A stretch of 64,000 nucleotides of DNA, from the NCBI GenBank assembly GCA_963718855.1, contig CAVRAA010000013.1:230074-294073 (forward strand), read 5' to 3'. Origin of the DNA: an uncultured Nitrospiraceae bacterium. GTDB lineage: Bacteria; Nitrospirota; Thermodesulfovibrionia; Thermodesulfovibrionales; SM23-35. Of the stretch, positions 17,568 through 29,108 are shown one piece after another. The notes beneath the pieces are model-generated. The model had not been told where the DNA came from. It searched no databases and saw only the letters and a list, made by a program, of their open reading frames with translations. Numbering within the stretch: position 1 is the first letter of the stretch; each line of letters starts with the position of its first letter. A program made the translations under genes and the position numbers.

Positions 17568-18990
17568 TAAATATCTTAACGATGTGAGGATCGAACTGTG
17601 TGCCGGAGAATTTTTTCAGTTCCTTCACCGCTTCTGCCACCGAGAGCGCTTTTCTGTAAGGTCGGTCGGTCGTCATCGCGCCGAAGGCATCTGCAACGCC
17701 GATAATCCTTGCACCGAGCGGGATATTTTCTCCTTTCAGTCCCTCAGGATACCCTGAACCGTCGAAACATTCCTGATGGTACCTTATTATCTCCTTCGCA
17801 TACTTGAGTGGTTCGACAGGTTCAATAAGCTTTGCGCCGACCTCGGGATGTTTTTTAATGATATCTATCTCTGCATCGGACAGTTTGTCCGGCTTCATGA
17901 GAATATGATCAGGAATACATATCTTTCCCAAATCGTGCAGAAGAGCAGCTTTCCTGATGTTTTCGATCTCACGGTCGGGAAGTCTCAATTTCTGCGCGAT
18001 TTCGACCGAGTATTCTGCAATGTCTTTCATATGTTTGTCAGTATACAGATCCCTCGCCTCGACGACGGCAGACAGTGTTACTATCATGGAAAGGTACGAC
18101 TGCTCCAGTTTTTCATAGAGACGGGCATTTTCTATCGCAGCCGCAGCCTGACCGCACAGGACCGAGAGCAGTTCCATGTCAGACTGTGTGAAGAGATGAT
18201 CACTGCTTACCCGACAGATGCAGAGGAGTCCTATTGCACGCCCTCTCGTCAGGAATGGCATACAAATGCCCGACGATATTTCCTCTCTCTGTCTCATCTC
18301 ATCAATACCGGAGGGTAGTTCATTGCCGGCTGTCATGAGATAAGGGGTGTTTCCTTTCAGGGTGAGCGCAGTCAGGTTCTCACTGTAGTGTTCGCTGAAG
18401 TCTTTATCAAAATGAGATGAAAGGCCATGACATACCTTCAGTTCCAGCTTCGCCGATTCTTCATCCATGAAAGCGAGCCATGCTTTATCGGCGCCCGCCT
18501 CCTGCACTGCGATATCGATGATCAACCTGACCAACCGCTTCGTATCGATTTCGCTGATGATTTCTTTGCTCACCTCAAAGAGCGGCATTAAGGCGCGCAT
18601 CCTTATGTTTTCATTCAGGAGCCTCGTCTTTTCGAGGGCCTCGGCAACCGCGGATCTGAGTTCCTCCGGCGTAAAAGGCTTCAGGAGAAACCCCTGTGCG
18701 CCCAGCCTCATGGCATTAATAGCCGTATCGAGCGTGCCATGGCCGGTAATGATGATAATCGGCATCTCTGTATTACGGGCTCTGACATGCCTGATGACAT
18801 CCAGCCCGCTTATATCAGGCATGCGGATGTCGGTGAGGAGAAGGTCGAACTTTTCCGTATCTAACAATTCCAATCCCTTGTTGCCGTCAGAGACTGTTTT
18901 TATTTCATGGTCCGCCCTTGTCAGGATATCCTTCGCAAGATCAAGGATGAATTCTTCATCATCGATTACAAGTATTTTTTCTTTTTGCAC
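17536..18990 (-). CDS. response regulator with GAF and HD-GYP (c-di-GMP phosphodiesterase) domains
   Basis: REC (ILVIDDEEF…LLLTDIRMPDISG). A central GAF-like region. HD-GYP (…LLHDLGKICIP…HHQECFDGSGYPEGL…). The start was set to GTG 18990 (GGAGGAG SD) because the tracked ATG at 19125 lies inside the atp terminator hairpin. Confidence 0.8.
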   Translation of the reverse strand: MQKEKILVIDDEEFILDLAKDILTRADHEIKTVSDGNKGLELLDTEKFDLLLTDIRMPDISGLDVIRHVRARNTEMPIIIITGHGTLDTAINAMRLGAQGFLLKPFTPEELRSAVAEALEKTRLLNENIRMRALMPLFEVSKEIISEIDTKRLVRLIIDIAVQEAGADKAWLAFMDEESAKLELKVCHGLSSHFDKDFSEHYSENLTALTLKGNTPYLMTAGNELPSGIDEMRQREEISSGICMPFLTRGRAIGLLCICRVSSDHLFTQSDMELLSVLCGQAAAAIENARLYEKLEQSYLSMIVTLSAVVEARDLYTDKHMKDIAEYSVEIAQKLRLPDREIENIRKAALLHDLGKICIPDHILMKPDKLSDAEIDIIKKHPEVGAKLIEPVEPLKYAKEIIRYHQECFDGSGYPEGLKGENIPLGARIIGVADAFGAMTTDRPYRKALSVAEAVKELKKFSGTQFDPHIVKIFIAMLEDKGVL

Positions 18991-19100
18991 CCGCCGTTTC
19001 TCCTCCCCTAAAACACCTTTATTATACCTTTTTGAAAACAGAATGTTAACCTTGCAGGGCGAACGCCCCTGTTTGAATTTTTCAGGCGGTGATGGAAAAT

Positions 19101-19134
19101 AAAAAAAAGGCCATGCTGAAAGCATGGCCTTTTA
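19101..19134 (-). terminator. Rho-independent terminator of the atp operon
   Basis: AAGGCCATGCT-GAA-AGCATGGCCTT stem-loop followed, on the minus strand, by a T-run (plus-strand AAAAAAAA at 19101-19108). Confidence 0.75.
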
Positions 19135-19154
19135 ACTGTTATAGAAAAATTGAG

Positions 19155-19562
19155 CTATTTTCTTTCTGCTACCTGCACTCTTGCAACTGCCCTTTCAAGG
19201 GACGACGACGACCGGGCGAAATCAAACTCTTCGATCTTTTTGAGTCTTTCTTCAGCCCTTTTCATTGCCGTCTTTGCCCTCTCTATATCTATGTCTTCTG
19301 ATTTTTCCGCACTGTCGGCAAGAATCATGACCCTCTCAGGACCGACCTCTGCGTATCCCCAGTTTACGAAGACATATTTCGTCGCATTCCCTTTTTTATA
19401 TGCGAGCATGCCAACCTTTAAGGTTGTAAAGAAAGGCACGTGACCGGGAAGCACGCCGAAATCACCTTCGCTTCCGGTGCATGACACTTCGTCAACGTCC
19501 TCGCTTAAAATAAGGCCATACGGGGTAACGATTTCCAGCTTTAATTTATTTTCTTTCTCCAT
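19155..19562 (-). CDS. atpC: F1 ATP synthase epsilon subunit
   Basis: 135 aa. LKLEIVTPYG…VPFFTTLK… with typical AtpC layout, at the last position in the operon. Confidence 0.9.
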   Translation of the reverse strand: MEKENKLKLEIVTPYGLILSEDVDEVSCTGSEGDFGVLPGHVPFFTTLKVGMLAYKKGNATKYVFVNWGYAEVGPERVMILADSAEKSEDIDIERAKTAMKRAEERLKKIEEFDFARSSSSLERAVARVQVAERK

Positions 19563-19599
19563 TAGTACCTCTCCTGCCTTAGCCCTTTATTCTTTATAT

Positions 19600-21027
<1,428 letters not shown>

Positions 21028-21061
21028 TCAACTATATTAAAATTCTTTAATCCTTAATTCC

Positions 21062-21940
21062 CTAATCCTTTAATGCCTCAACACCGCCGACAATGTCCAT
21101 AAGTTCTCCTGTGATGGCCGCCTGTCTTACCTTGTTTGCCAGGAGTGTTATCTTGACAATAAGCTCAGAACAGTTCTTTGTAGCATTTTCCATGGCAGCC
21201 ATCCTCGCAGCTTCCTCTGATGCTGAGGATTCGAGCAATGCCCTGTAAACCTGTATTTCAATATATTTCGGCAGCAGTCTTTCGAAAATCGCTGCACGCG
21301 AAGGTTCATAGAGGTAATCCGCTGTCATGGATGTCTCTTTCTGGCCCTCTTCTCCCTCTATCACACCCACAGGCAGAAGTTTCATGACGGTAACCTTCTG
21401 GGCAATCATCGATTTAAACTCATTGTAAATGACAATAACTTCATCAAATGTCTCGCCGGAATACGCCTCGATGAGATTACCTGCAATCTCCTGTGCGTTG
21501 GCATACGATATTCTTCCGGAAAGGCCGACCCATTCGTTTCTCATCGGAATGCTTCTTCTTTTGAAAAAGTCGCGCGCTTTTCTGCCGACAACGCTCAGGG
21601 TCAGTTCAATCCCTTCCTTCTTCAGGCCGTTGATATAATTATTCGCAGCCTTAAGAATATTGGTATTAAAGGCGCCGCAGAGACCCTTATCGGAGGTAAT
21701 AACAACAACTTCCACCTTCTTTTTCAACCTCAAAGCAAGGAGGGGATGTATCTCGCGCTCCGCAACCTTCGCAAGATCGGTCAGGACTGTTCCCATCCTG
21801 GAAGCATAAGGCCTGAAATTCAGCATCCGGTCCTGGACCTTCCGCATTTTTGCTGCGGCCACCATCTTCATGGCAGCAGTAATCTTCTTGGTGCTCTGGA
21901 TTGCTTTTAATCTTTTTCTTATATCCCTTAAAGTTGCCAT
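21062..21940 (-). CDS. atpG: F1 ATP synthase gamma subunit
   Basis: 292 aa. MATLRDIRKRLKAIQSTKKITAAMKMVAAAKMRK… canonical N-terminus and a C-terminal …ITGELMDIVGG. Confidence 0.95.
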   Translation of the reverse strand: MATLRDIRKRLKAIQSTKKITAAMKMVAAAKMRKVQDRMLNFRPYASRMGTVLTDLAKVAEREIHPLLALRLKKKVEVVVITSDKGLCGAFNTNILKAANNYINGLKKEGIELTLSVVGRKARDFFKRRSIPMRNEWVGLSGRISYANAQEIAGNLIEAYSGETFDEVIVIYNEFKSMIAQKVTVMKLLPVGVIEGEEGQKETSMTADYLYEPSRAAIFERLLPKYIEIQVYRALLESSASEEAARMAAMENATKNCSELIVKITLLANKVRQAAITGELMDIVGGVEALKD

Positions 21941-21964
21941 TTATCTTCTCCTATCGCAACCGTA

Positions 21965-23476
21965 TTATGCTGAGAAGGTTTTCTTGAATGCGGTGATCGC
22001 CTCATTAAGCTTTGCTTTAAGGTCATCATCCAGTGCCTTCTTTTCCATGATCTCTTTCTTCAGGGCCTGCTTTTCAGCCCTGATATATCTCATAAACGCT
22101 TCCTCAAAATTCCTTATTGAATCAACCGGAACGTCATCGAGAAAACCCTGGGTTCCTGCATAAATAACAATTATCTGATCATCAACCGACATCGGAACAA
22201 ACTGGTCCTGCTTCAGAAGTTCGACCATTCTTCTTCCTCTTTCAATCTGTGCAAGAGTTGCCTTATCGAGGTCGGATGCGAACTGAGCAAATGCGGCAAG
22301 CTCTCTATACTGTGCGAGGTCGAGCCTAATCATACCGGCAACCTGCTTCATGGCTTTGATCTGGGCAGCGCCACCGACACGGCTGACCGAAAGACCCGCG
22401 TTAACCGCCGGCCTTATACCAGCGTAGAAGAGTTCAGGTTCAAGATAAATCTGCCCGTCTGTAATAGAAATAACGTTTGTCGGGATAAAACCGGAAACGT
22501 CACCAGCCTGCGTCTCGATAACCGGGATTGCCGTCAATGAACCGGCGCCCATGGCGTCACTCATCTTAGCCGCCCTTTCCAAGAGCCTGGAATGGAGATA
22601 GAAGACGTCACCGGGATATGCCTCACGTGAAGGAGGACGCCTCAGGATCAGGGAAAGCTGTCTGTATGCCTGTGCCTGTTTGGTAAGGTCATCATATGCG
22701 ATAAAAGCGGCTTGGCCGTTGTCCCTGAAATACTCACCCATTGTACAGCCGACGTACGGCGCTATATACTGCATCGGCGCCGGCTCACTCGCTGTCGCAA
22801 CAACAACGATGGTGTGCTCAAGTGCGCCCATTTCCTCAAGTTTTTTGACGGTATTGACGACAGCCGGTCTGCGCTGTCCGATTGCAACATATATGCAGGT
22901 AACATCGCCGCCTTTCTGATTGATAATAGTGTCAATGAGAATGGCTGTTTTTCCGATCTGACGGTCACCGATGCAAAGCTCTCTCTGACCTCTTCCGATC
23001 GGAATCATGGCGTCGATTGCCTTAATGCCTGTCTGGAGCGGCTCATGGACCGGTTTCCTTTTGATGATACCCGGTGCAACAACCTCGACTTTTCTTGTCT
23101 GCTTGCAGTTGAGCGGCCCTTTTCCGTCTATCGGCTGTCCGATCCCATTAACCACTCTTCCCTTGAGTTCATCTCCGACCGGGACTTCCATAACTTTTCC
23201 GGTCCGTTTGACGATGTCGCCTTCCTTAACATTCTTGTCCTCACCGAAGAGAACCGCACCGACGGAATCCTCTTCAAGGTTCAGCGCCATGCCGAAAACA
23301 CCGTTCTGGAACTCAAGCATCTCCATGGCCATACAGTTGTCAAGACCGTACACCTTTGCAACACCGTCACCGATATAGGTAACGGTACCGATTTCACTTA
23401 CATCAACCTTCTTCTCAAAATCCGTAATCTGCTTCTTTAAAAGTTCACTGATTTCTTCTGTCTTAATTTCTGCCAT
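21965..23476 (-). CDS. atpA: F1 ATP synthase alpha subunit
   Basis: 503 aa with GDRQIGKT Walker A and canonical alpha-subunit sequence. Confidence 0.97.
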   Translation of the reverse strand: MAEIKTEEISELLKKQITDFEKKVDVSEIGTVTYIGDGVAKVYGLDNCMAMEMLEFQNGVFGMALNLEEDSVGAVLFGEDKNVKEGDIVKRTGKVMEVPVGDELKGRVVNGIGQPIDGKGPLNCKQTRKVEVVAPGIIKRKPVHEPLQTGIKAIDAMIPIGRGQRELCIGDRQIGKTAILIDTIINQKGGDVTCIYVAIGQRRPAVVNTVKKLEEMGALEHTIVVVATASEPAPMQYIAPYVGCTMGEYFRDNGQAAFIAYDDLTKQAQAYRQLSLILRRPPSREAYPGDVFYLHSRLLERAAKMSDAMGAGSLTAIPVIETQAGDVSGFIPTNVISITDGQIYLEPELFYAGIRPAVNAGLSVSRVGGAAQIKAMKQVAGMIRLDLAQYRELAAFAQFASDLDKATLAQIERGRRMVELLKQDQFVPMSVDDQIIVIYAGTQGFLDDVPVDSIRNFEEAFMRYIRAEKQALKKEIMEKKALDDDLKAKLNEAITAFKKTFSA

Positions 23477-23480
23477 AATG

Positions 23481-24020
23481 TCACCCCTTTATTAGCTCAT
23501 CTTTTAATAGCCTTAACTGGCCTTTTATGCTTGTATCATACATGGTGCTTCCGATCTTGACGAGGATACCACCAAAAAGGGAAGGATCTATGATATATTC
23601 CAACTCCACATCCCTGTCCGTCAGTCTCTTGAGGGACGCCTTTAGTGTGTTCTCACGGTCTGTGCTTATTGCGATCGGAGTCATTACAACAGCCTTGGCC
23701 TTCTTTTTCCTTTCGAGGTAGATAGTGGTGGCAATCCTGATGATATCAGCGAGGGCTACGATTACTCCGACTTCCGCGATATGCAAAATGAATTTCACCG
23801 TGCTTTCAGAAAGCTTCAGACGTTCTGATACCGACTTGATAATACCTGCTCTCTCATCAGTGGTAAAACGCGGATTCACAAGGAGACTCCTGAACTCCTT
23901 GCTTTTGACCATCAGATCACTCACCGAAATAAGTTCAGTAAGGGCCTGAGGCGCGTTTTCTATGCCGATGTTCCTCAACAATGCTTTGGCATATCTGTTT
24001 GCTTGTTTTACCGGTTTCAA
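23481..24020 (-). CDS. atpH: F1 ATP synthase delta (OSCP) subunit
   Basis: 179 aa. Position between b and alpha. The C-terminal motif …[20 protein letters not shown] is OSCP-like. Confidence 0.9.
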   Translation of the reverse strand: MKPVKQANRYAKALLRNIGIENAPQALTELISVSDLMVKSKEFRSLLVNPRFTTDERAGIIKSVSERLKLSESTVKFILHIAEVGVIVALADIIRIATTIYLERKKKAKAVVMTPIAISTDRENTLKASLKRLTDRDVELEYIIDPSLFGGILVKIGSTMYDTSIKGQLRLLKDELIKG

Positions 24021-24553
24021 CCTTTGCCTCCTATCTTCACCAATGAGTCATCAAGAAGCCTTTCCTGTTCATCCTTTGTCAACTTATCCTTCAGCTTCTT
24101 TTCTGCAAGTTCCATTGCCAGCTCAACAGCCTCGGCCTTGATGACCTCTTTTGCATGTTTCAATTCAAAATCTATATTGGTTTTTGCCTGTTCCAATATT
24201 TTGTCTTTCAGCCGGGAGCTCTCTGCAATAATCCTGTCGCGTTCCTGTTCCCCGGATTTTTTTGCCGCGGCAAGAATCGCCTCTATCTCCGCGTCTTTCG
24301 TCTTCAGCCGTCCTTCCACTTCCTGCAATGCCTTTACTGCTGCTTCTTTCGCCTCTTTGGCCTCATTAAGGGTCTTTTCGATCAGCTCAGTCCTTTTCTG
24401 AAGAAAATTTGCAAGGGGTTTCTTTGCGAACTTGAAGAGGACAACTATGAGGAGCACGAAATTAAAAATCTTCCACATATACTCTTTCCAGAGCGGGGTA
24501 TGTTCTCTCTCTTCCCCTCCGCCGCTGGCAAATACCAGAGACGCAACAGCCAT
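24017..24553 (-). CDS. atpF: Fo ATP synthase b subunit
   Basis: N-terminal TM helix followed by a long charged coiled coil. Position in the operon. Confidence 0.85.
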   Translation of the reverse strand: MAVASLVFASGGGEEREHTPLWKEYMWKIFNFVLLIVVLFKFAKKPLANFLQKRTELIEKTLNEAKEAKEAAVKALQEVEGRLKTKDAEIEAILAAAKKSGEQERDRIIAESSRLKDKILEQAKTNIDFELKHAKEVIKAEAVELAMELAEKKLKDKLTKDEQERLLDDSLVKIGGKG

Positions 24554-24625
24554 ATTGAAAATGACGATGAAGACCAGATACTGCGACTATCTTCTTCCAT
24601 GTTGAATTTCTGTTTTTCATTTTTC

Positions 24626-25048
24626 TCATACCTTCACCAGCTTTCTCACGATTTCGTCAGAGAACTTGTCGACATCAGCCCTTAACGCCTGCCGTGCCTT
24701 CTCTGCCTCGGCCTTGATCTCTGCCTTTGCCTTGTCAAGGGTCGAAACCGCTTCAGCCTCAGCAGCAGAGAGGACCTCTTTCTGTTTGCTCATCCCTTCA
24801 GTCTTGAGGCCCTCAAACAGTTCCTTTGACTTTGTCCTCGATTCGGCGAGTTCGCGGTTCAGCCTGGCGATGCCTTCTTCTCTTTGGGCACTCATATTCT
24901 TTGCGGCATCGAGATTGCCTTTTACCGTATCTTCCCGTTCCTTGAAAATTTTCATGAGGGGTTTGAAGAGGATGGCATTCAAAAGGAAGATTAAAACAAT
25001 AAAGTTGATAGCCAAGACAATAAGCCACATAGGTTGAATATCTAGCAT
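24626..25048 (-). CDS. Fo ATP synthase b' subunit
   Basis: MLDIQPMWLIVLAINFIVLIFLLNAILFKPL… TM helix plus coiled coil. The start was set to the internal ATG at 25048. Confidence 0.8.
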   Translation of the reverse strand: MLDIQPMWLIVLAINFIVLIFLLNAILFKPLMKIFKEREDTVKGNLDAAKNMSAQREEGIARLNRELAESRTKSKELFEGLKTEGMSKQKEVLSAAEAEAVSTLDKAKAEIKAEAEKARQALRADVDKFSDEIVRKLVKV

Positions 25049-25225
25049 CTTGCACCTTCCGTTGAGTAGTTTTAGAAAAGCGAAACCAGAATACCACAGG
25101 GCAAAAAAGATTGTCAAGAGATTTTTCTGACCCCTGAAAAGGGCTGAAAATATTTTACTGTGCGCGCCTTTCACGGCAACTGCCGGGGCTGAAGAGAGGC
25201 CTTGTCATTGTGGTAAAATAGGCGT

Positions 25226-26356
25226 ATGTTTTACGAGAAAATCGAAGCGCTAAAAGCAAAAAAGCTTTTCAGGGAATTACGGGACCGGCGGTCTCCACAA
25301 GGGACAAGGATAGCGTTTGACGGCAGGGAATACATTAACTTTTCCTCAAACGACTACCTTGGCCTTGCGAACCATCCTGTTATCATAGAGCGGGTCAGAC
25401 AGGCTCTGGATTCTCATGGATTCGGCGCAGGTGCATCGAGGCTTCTGGGCGGCGGGAGTTCCCTCCACAACGACCTTGAAGCAAGGGTGGCGCAATTCAA
25501 AAAAACGGAATCGGCCCTTGTGTTTAACTCCGGATATGCGGCGAATACAGGTATTATCCCCTCTGTCGCAGATGAAGATACGATCCTCCTGAGCGACGAA
25601 CTGAACCACGCGAGTATCATTGACGGATGCCGTTTGAGCAGCGCGAAAACATTCGTCTATGCCCATAAAGACATCTCGCATATTGAAGCTTTGTTACAGA
25701 AAGAAACAGCAAAGAGAAAGATCATCATTACCGATTCGATCTTCAGCATGGACGGAGATATCGCACCTTTGGATGAACTGTACGTACTATGCAGAAACTA
25801 TGATGCTCTCCTCTATGTTGACGATGCGCATGCCACTGGCGTCATCGGGGAAGGAAAGGGCTCCCTTGCCCACTTCAATATCGACCCCGAACCATGGATA
25901 ATACAAATGGGCACATTCTCGAAAGCGCTCGGCTCATTAGGCGCGTTCCTTGCCGGGAGTGAGGATATTGTCCGGTGGACATCAAACAATGCCCGGAGTT
26001 TCATGTATTCAACAGCGCTGCCTGCCTGTGTCATTGCAGCATCCCTTGCTGCTTTGGAATTGGCGGAAAATGGAATTGAACGCTTAACGAAGCTTTGGGC
26101 AAACAGAGAGAAGGTGGTAAAGGGCATAACAGGGCTTGGATATGACACCATGGGATCAGAAACGCCCATCATACCTATCAGGACAGGGAGTGTAGAAAAT
26201 ACCCTTCGCATTTCGGAACATCTCCGCAGGAACGGGATTTTTGCTCCGGCGATACGGCCACCGACAGTAAAGGAACCGAGGATCAGGATCAACATCACTG
26301 CTGCACATACAGATGAAGACATTGAGCGGTTGATCGAAGCACTGAAAAAGGCTTAA
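25226..26356 (+). CDS. bioF: 8-amino-7-oxononanoate synthase
   Basis: 376 aa PLP-dependent acyltransferase (…SNDYLGL…DDAHATG…GTFSKALG…), followed by bioD. Confidence 0.9.
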   Translation: MFYEKIEALKAKKLFRELRDRRSPQGTRIAFDGREYINFSSNDYLGLANHPVIIERVRQALDSHGFGAGASRLLGGGSSLHNDLEARVAQFKKTESALVFNSGYAANTGIIPSVADEDTILLSDELNHASIIDGCRLSSAKTFVYAHKDISHIEALLQKETAKRKIIITDSIFSMDGDIAPLDELYVLCRNYDALLYVDDAHATGVIGEGKGSLAHFNIDPEPWIIQMGTFSKALGSLGAFLAGSEDIVRWTSNNARSFMYSTALPACVIAASLAALELAENGIERLTKLWANREKVVKGITGLGYDTMGSETPIIPIRTGSVENTLRISEHLRRNGIFAPAIRPPTVKEPRIRINITAAHTDEDIERLIEALKKA

Positions 26357-26403
26357 CCCGCCAATGAAAAAGAGGGTCATCCCAATCATCCTACAATAAA
26401 AAA

Positions 26404-27177
26404 ATGGCAAAAGGCTTTTTTATAACAGGCACTGACACAGGGGTCGGCAAAACAATTATCTCTGCAGCTCTCATTAAGACTGTTCACATGCTTGGCTTGA
26501 AAGCGTGCGGAATGAAGCCGATAGAGACGGGTTGTACAAAAAAAAAGTTCAAAGTTAACAGTTCTCACCTCGGCGAGTCGCCTGAGGCGACAAAGTTAAA
26601 AGTTCAAGACAGGGATTTAACACCGCACGATGGCACATTCCTGAAAAAAATCTCCGGCACGAATGCGTCTCTCGATCTCATAACCCCCATTCGTTTTGAG
26701 AGCCCCCTGGCCCCCTTGCCGGCATCTGAAAGAGAAGGGAGGGCCGTTGATCTTCGGAGGATCAAAAAGGCGTATCAGAAGCTTTCATTGGAATATGATG
26801 CAATGATTGTGGAGGGAATCGGCGGATTGCTCGTTCCGATCAGGAAAAATTATTTCGTGCTCGATCTCGCATCGGATCTGGGACTGCCGGTCGTTGTTGT
26901 CGCAAGGCCGGGTCTCGGCACGATCAACCATACGATGCTGACAGTCAATTATGCATTGAAGGCAGGACTTACTATTGCAGGAATTATTATAAATTATGTC
27001 CGGCCTCCTGAAGGCACGCCATCTGAGGGTACGAACCCGGGTATCATCAGACAGATCAGTGCCGTCCCGCTTTTAGGCGTCTTCCCCTTTCTCAACGATT
27101 TCAAAAGCGCAACAATCGGGAAGGCGGCGACTGATAGCCTGGATAGAGAAATAATCAAGAAATATCTCGCAGGTTGA
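26404..27177 (+). CDS. bioD: dethiobiotin synthase with an in-frame repeat-like insertion
   Basis: FFITGTDTGVGKT P-loop, …KPIETGC…, …VEGIGGLLVP…. An extra segment of about 20 aa (KKKFKVNSSHLGESPEATKLKVQDRD) is encoded by 26545-26608. Confidence 0.88.
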   Translation: MAKGFFITGTDTGVGKTIISAALIKTVHMLGLKACGMKPIETGCTKKKFKVNSSHLGESPEATKLKVQDRDLTPHDGTFLKKISGTNASLDLITPIRFESPLAPLPASEREGRAVDLRRIKKAYQKLSLEYDAMIVEGIGGLLVPIRKNYFVLDLASDLGLPVVVVARPGLGTINHTMLTVNYALKAGLTIAGIIINYVRPPEGTPSEGTNPGIIRQISAVPLLGVFPFLNDFKSATIGKAATDSLDREIIKKYLAG

Positions 27178-27178
27178 T

Positions 27179-27251
27179 GTAGCCGCAAACTTTAGTTTGC
27201 GTTTTATTTTTTCCAGTGCCTTGCAAACGCAGGCTAAAGCCTGCGGCTACC
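27179..27251. repeat. Repeat family C copy 1 (inverted pair GTAGCCGCAxxCTTTAGxxTGCG … CGCAGGCTAAAGCCTGCGGCTAC)
   Basis: Copies at 32485-32537, 37951-38003 and 52061-52135. Confidence 0.85.
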
Positions 27252-27319
27252 CAAACAGGACTTTGGCAAAAACCTCGCTTAAAACAGAATTATTGCCGCA
27301 ACCTGTCAGTACACCGCTC

Positions 27320-28192
27320 TTAAATCAGCTTCAAATCAGCAAGCACCTGTCTCAGTTTCACTTTGCCAGCAGGCGCCATCTCACACAGCGGGAGCCTGAA
27401 TTCCTCCTGAATTTTCCCCATCATCGCAAGCGCTGTTTTAACGGGGATGGGATTCGTCTCAATGAACATCGCTGCATTCAGCGGTTCGAGCTTGAAATGT
27501 AATGCCCTTGCCTTGTCATGATCTCCCTTCATCCACCAGGAACACATCTGGGAAACGGCCTTGGGAGCAACGTTTGCAGTGACGGATATCGTGCCCTTTC
27601 CTCCGAGGGCGAGGAGCGGCAGGGTCGTAAAGTCGTCTCCCGAGAGAACGGTTATTCTGTCTCCGCAAAGCCTGATGACCTCACTTACCTGTTTCATGTC
27701 GCCCGTTGCCTCTTTTAACGCAATAACATTCTCTATCTCGGCAAGGCGTGCTACAGTTGCCGGGAGTATGTTGACCGCCGTTCGGCCGGGAACGTTATAG
27801 AGGACAATAGGGATATCAACTTTTTCCGCGACCGCCTTGTAGTGTCTGTAAAGACCTTCCTGGGTCGGTTTGTTGTAATATGGCGCTACGAGCAATGCCG
27901 CATCCGCCCCGGATTTTTTGGCATGTTGTGTAATCTCTATCGTCTCATCAGTGGCATTTGCCCCTGTCCCGGCAATAACAGGGACTCTTTTGTTGACGGC
28001 CTTAACGGTAAAATCAATCACCCGGTAGTGCTCTTTATAATCCAATGTCGCCGATTCGCCGGTCGTCCCGCACGGAACAATTGCATTCGTCCCCTGTGCG
28101 ATATGCCACTCGATAAGATCGCCAAGCGCCTTTTCATCAACCTTCCCCTTCTTAAACGGTGTCACAATTGCGACAATTGATCCTTTCACCAT
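27320..28192 (-). CDS. dapA: 4-hydroxy-tetrahydrodipicolinate synthase
   Basis: 290 aa. …AIVTPF…VPCGTTGES…YNVPGRT… with the catalytic Lys context (ALKEATG). Confidence 0.93.
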   Translation of the reverse strand: MVKGSIVAIVTPFKKGKVDEKALGDLIEWHIAQGTNAIVPCGTTGESATLDYKEHYRVIDFTVKAVNKRVPVIAGTGANATDETIEITQHAKKSGADAALLVAPYYNKPTQEGLYRHYKAVAEKVDIPIVLYNVPGRTAVNILPATVARLAEIENVIALKEATGDMKQVSEVIRLCGDRITVLSGDDFTTLPLLALGGKGTISVTANVAPKAVSQMCSWWMKGDHDKARALHFKLEPLNAAMFIETNPIPVKTALAMMGKIQEEFRLPLCEMAPAGKVKLRQVLADLKLI

Positions 28193-28242
28193 AGCTGCCT
28201 CCTTTTTTGCGGATTGCTTTTGATAAACATCATTCCCCCCCC

Positions 28243-29103
28243 TTAATAATCAACAACGCCTTCAAAAACTCTGGCAGCAGGGCCTGTCATATAGATATGG
28301 TTATCGCCCGCCCATTCTATGAACAGGTCTCCTCCAAGGAGATGAACCGTAACTTTTTTGCCGGTTTTCCCTTTCAGGCTCGCCGCTACTGCAGCAGCCG
28401 AGGCACCCGTTCCACAGGCCATAGTTTCACCCGCACCCCTTTCCCATACACGCATTCTGATTTCTGTTTGGGACAGCACTTCAATGAATTCTACATTAAT
28501 TCTCCGGGGGAAAAGCGGATGATTCTCTATCATCGGCCCGTAATAGGTTACCGGGAAGCGTAACACATCATCAACAAGAATAATGGCATGGGGATTCCCC
28601 ATCGACACACAGGTTATGGCGAATTCCCGGTCCTCTATCTTCAGAGGATAATCAACGATGCCGCCTGAAGGATGAAGGATGAAGGATGAAGGATGAGCAA
28701 GCTGGACCGGTATTCTTTCCGGTTCGAATATCGGCTCTCCCATATCGACCTTCACGAGATCTCCTGCCTTTTCAGGCCTGATGATTCCGGCGGGGGTTTC
28801 GATAGAAAGAATTGTCTTGTCAGAGAGCCTGCTGTCCCAGATATAGTGAGCGAGGCAGCGGATTCCGTTGCCGCACATTTCCACCTCACTGCCGTCGGCA
28901 TTGAATATCCTCATCATAAAATCTGCTTTTTGTGAAGAGGAGAGAAGGAGGATTTGATCAGCGCCGATACCGAATCGCCTGTCGCATAACCGCTTGCCAA
29001 GGGCTTCGAGATCTTTCTTCTCTATCGGGCACTGCTGCGCAATGCAGTCAATGAGGATGAAGTCATTGCCGAGGCCGTGCATTTTTATAAAATGTATCTT
29101 CAC
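28243..29103 (-). CDS. dapF: diaminopimelate epimerase carrying an in-frame heptamer repeat array
   Basis: 286 aa. FIKMHGLGNDF…, both catalytic Cys contexts (MCGNGIRC and ACGTGASA). Residues HPSSFILHPS are encoded by the GGATGAA array. Confidence 0.92.
   Translation of the reverse strand: MKIHFIKMHGLGNDFILIDCIAQQCPIEKKDLEALGKRLCDRRFGIGADQILLLSSSQKADFMMRIFNADGSEVEMCGNGIRCLAHYIWDSRLSDKTILSIETPAGIIRPEKAGDLVKVDMGEPIFEPERIPVQLAHPSSFILHPSGGIVDYPLKIEDREFAITCVSMGNPHAIILVDDVLRFPVTYYGPMIENHPLFPRRINVEFIEVLSQTEIRMRVWERGAGETMACGTGASAAAVAASLKGKTGKKVTVHLLGGDLFIEWAGDNHIYMTGPAARVFEGVVDY
28668..28697. repeat. Repeat family D copy 1: tandem heptamer array (AGGATGA x4) inside dapF
   Basis: GAAGGATGAAGGATGAAGGATGAAGGATGAG. 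The same heptamer arrays occur at 52635-52712, 58516-58588 and 58961-58985. Confidence 0.9.
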
Positions 29104-29108
29104 GTGGC

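Noticed and set aside
18991-19125. N-terminal 45-aa extension of the HD-GYP regulator ORF
   Set aside because: The tracked ATG lies inside the atp terminator hairpin. A GTG with a strong GGAGGAG SD at 18990 gives a canonical receiver-domain N-terminus.
22712-23440. 242-aa plus-strand ORF (and similar ORFs at 19477-20016, 20407-20742, 24003-24401, 24155-24685) inside the atp operon
   Set aside because: They lie antisense to or out of frame with highly conserved ATP synthase genes. Their low-complexity, Ser/Leu/Phe-rich composition is typical of shadow ORFs.
27197-27502. 101-aa ORF beginning MRFIFSSALQTQAKACGY…
   Set aside because: Its N-terminus is a translation of repeat family C and the rest is antisense to the dapA 3' end. 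The same QAKACGY peptide appears wherever the repeat occurs.
28668-28697. GGATGAA arrays here and at 52635-52712 and 58516-58588, considered as a CRISPR array or other spacer-repeat locus
   Set aside because: The units are 7 nt with no unique spacers. They lie inside coding regions and no cas genes are present.
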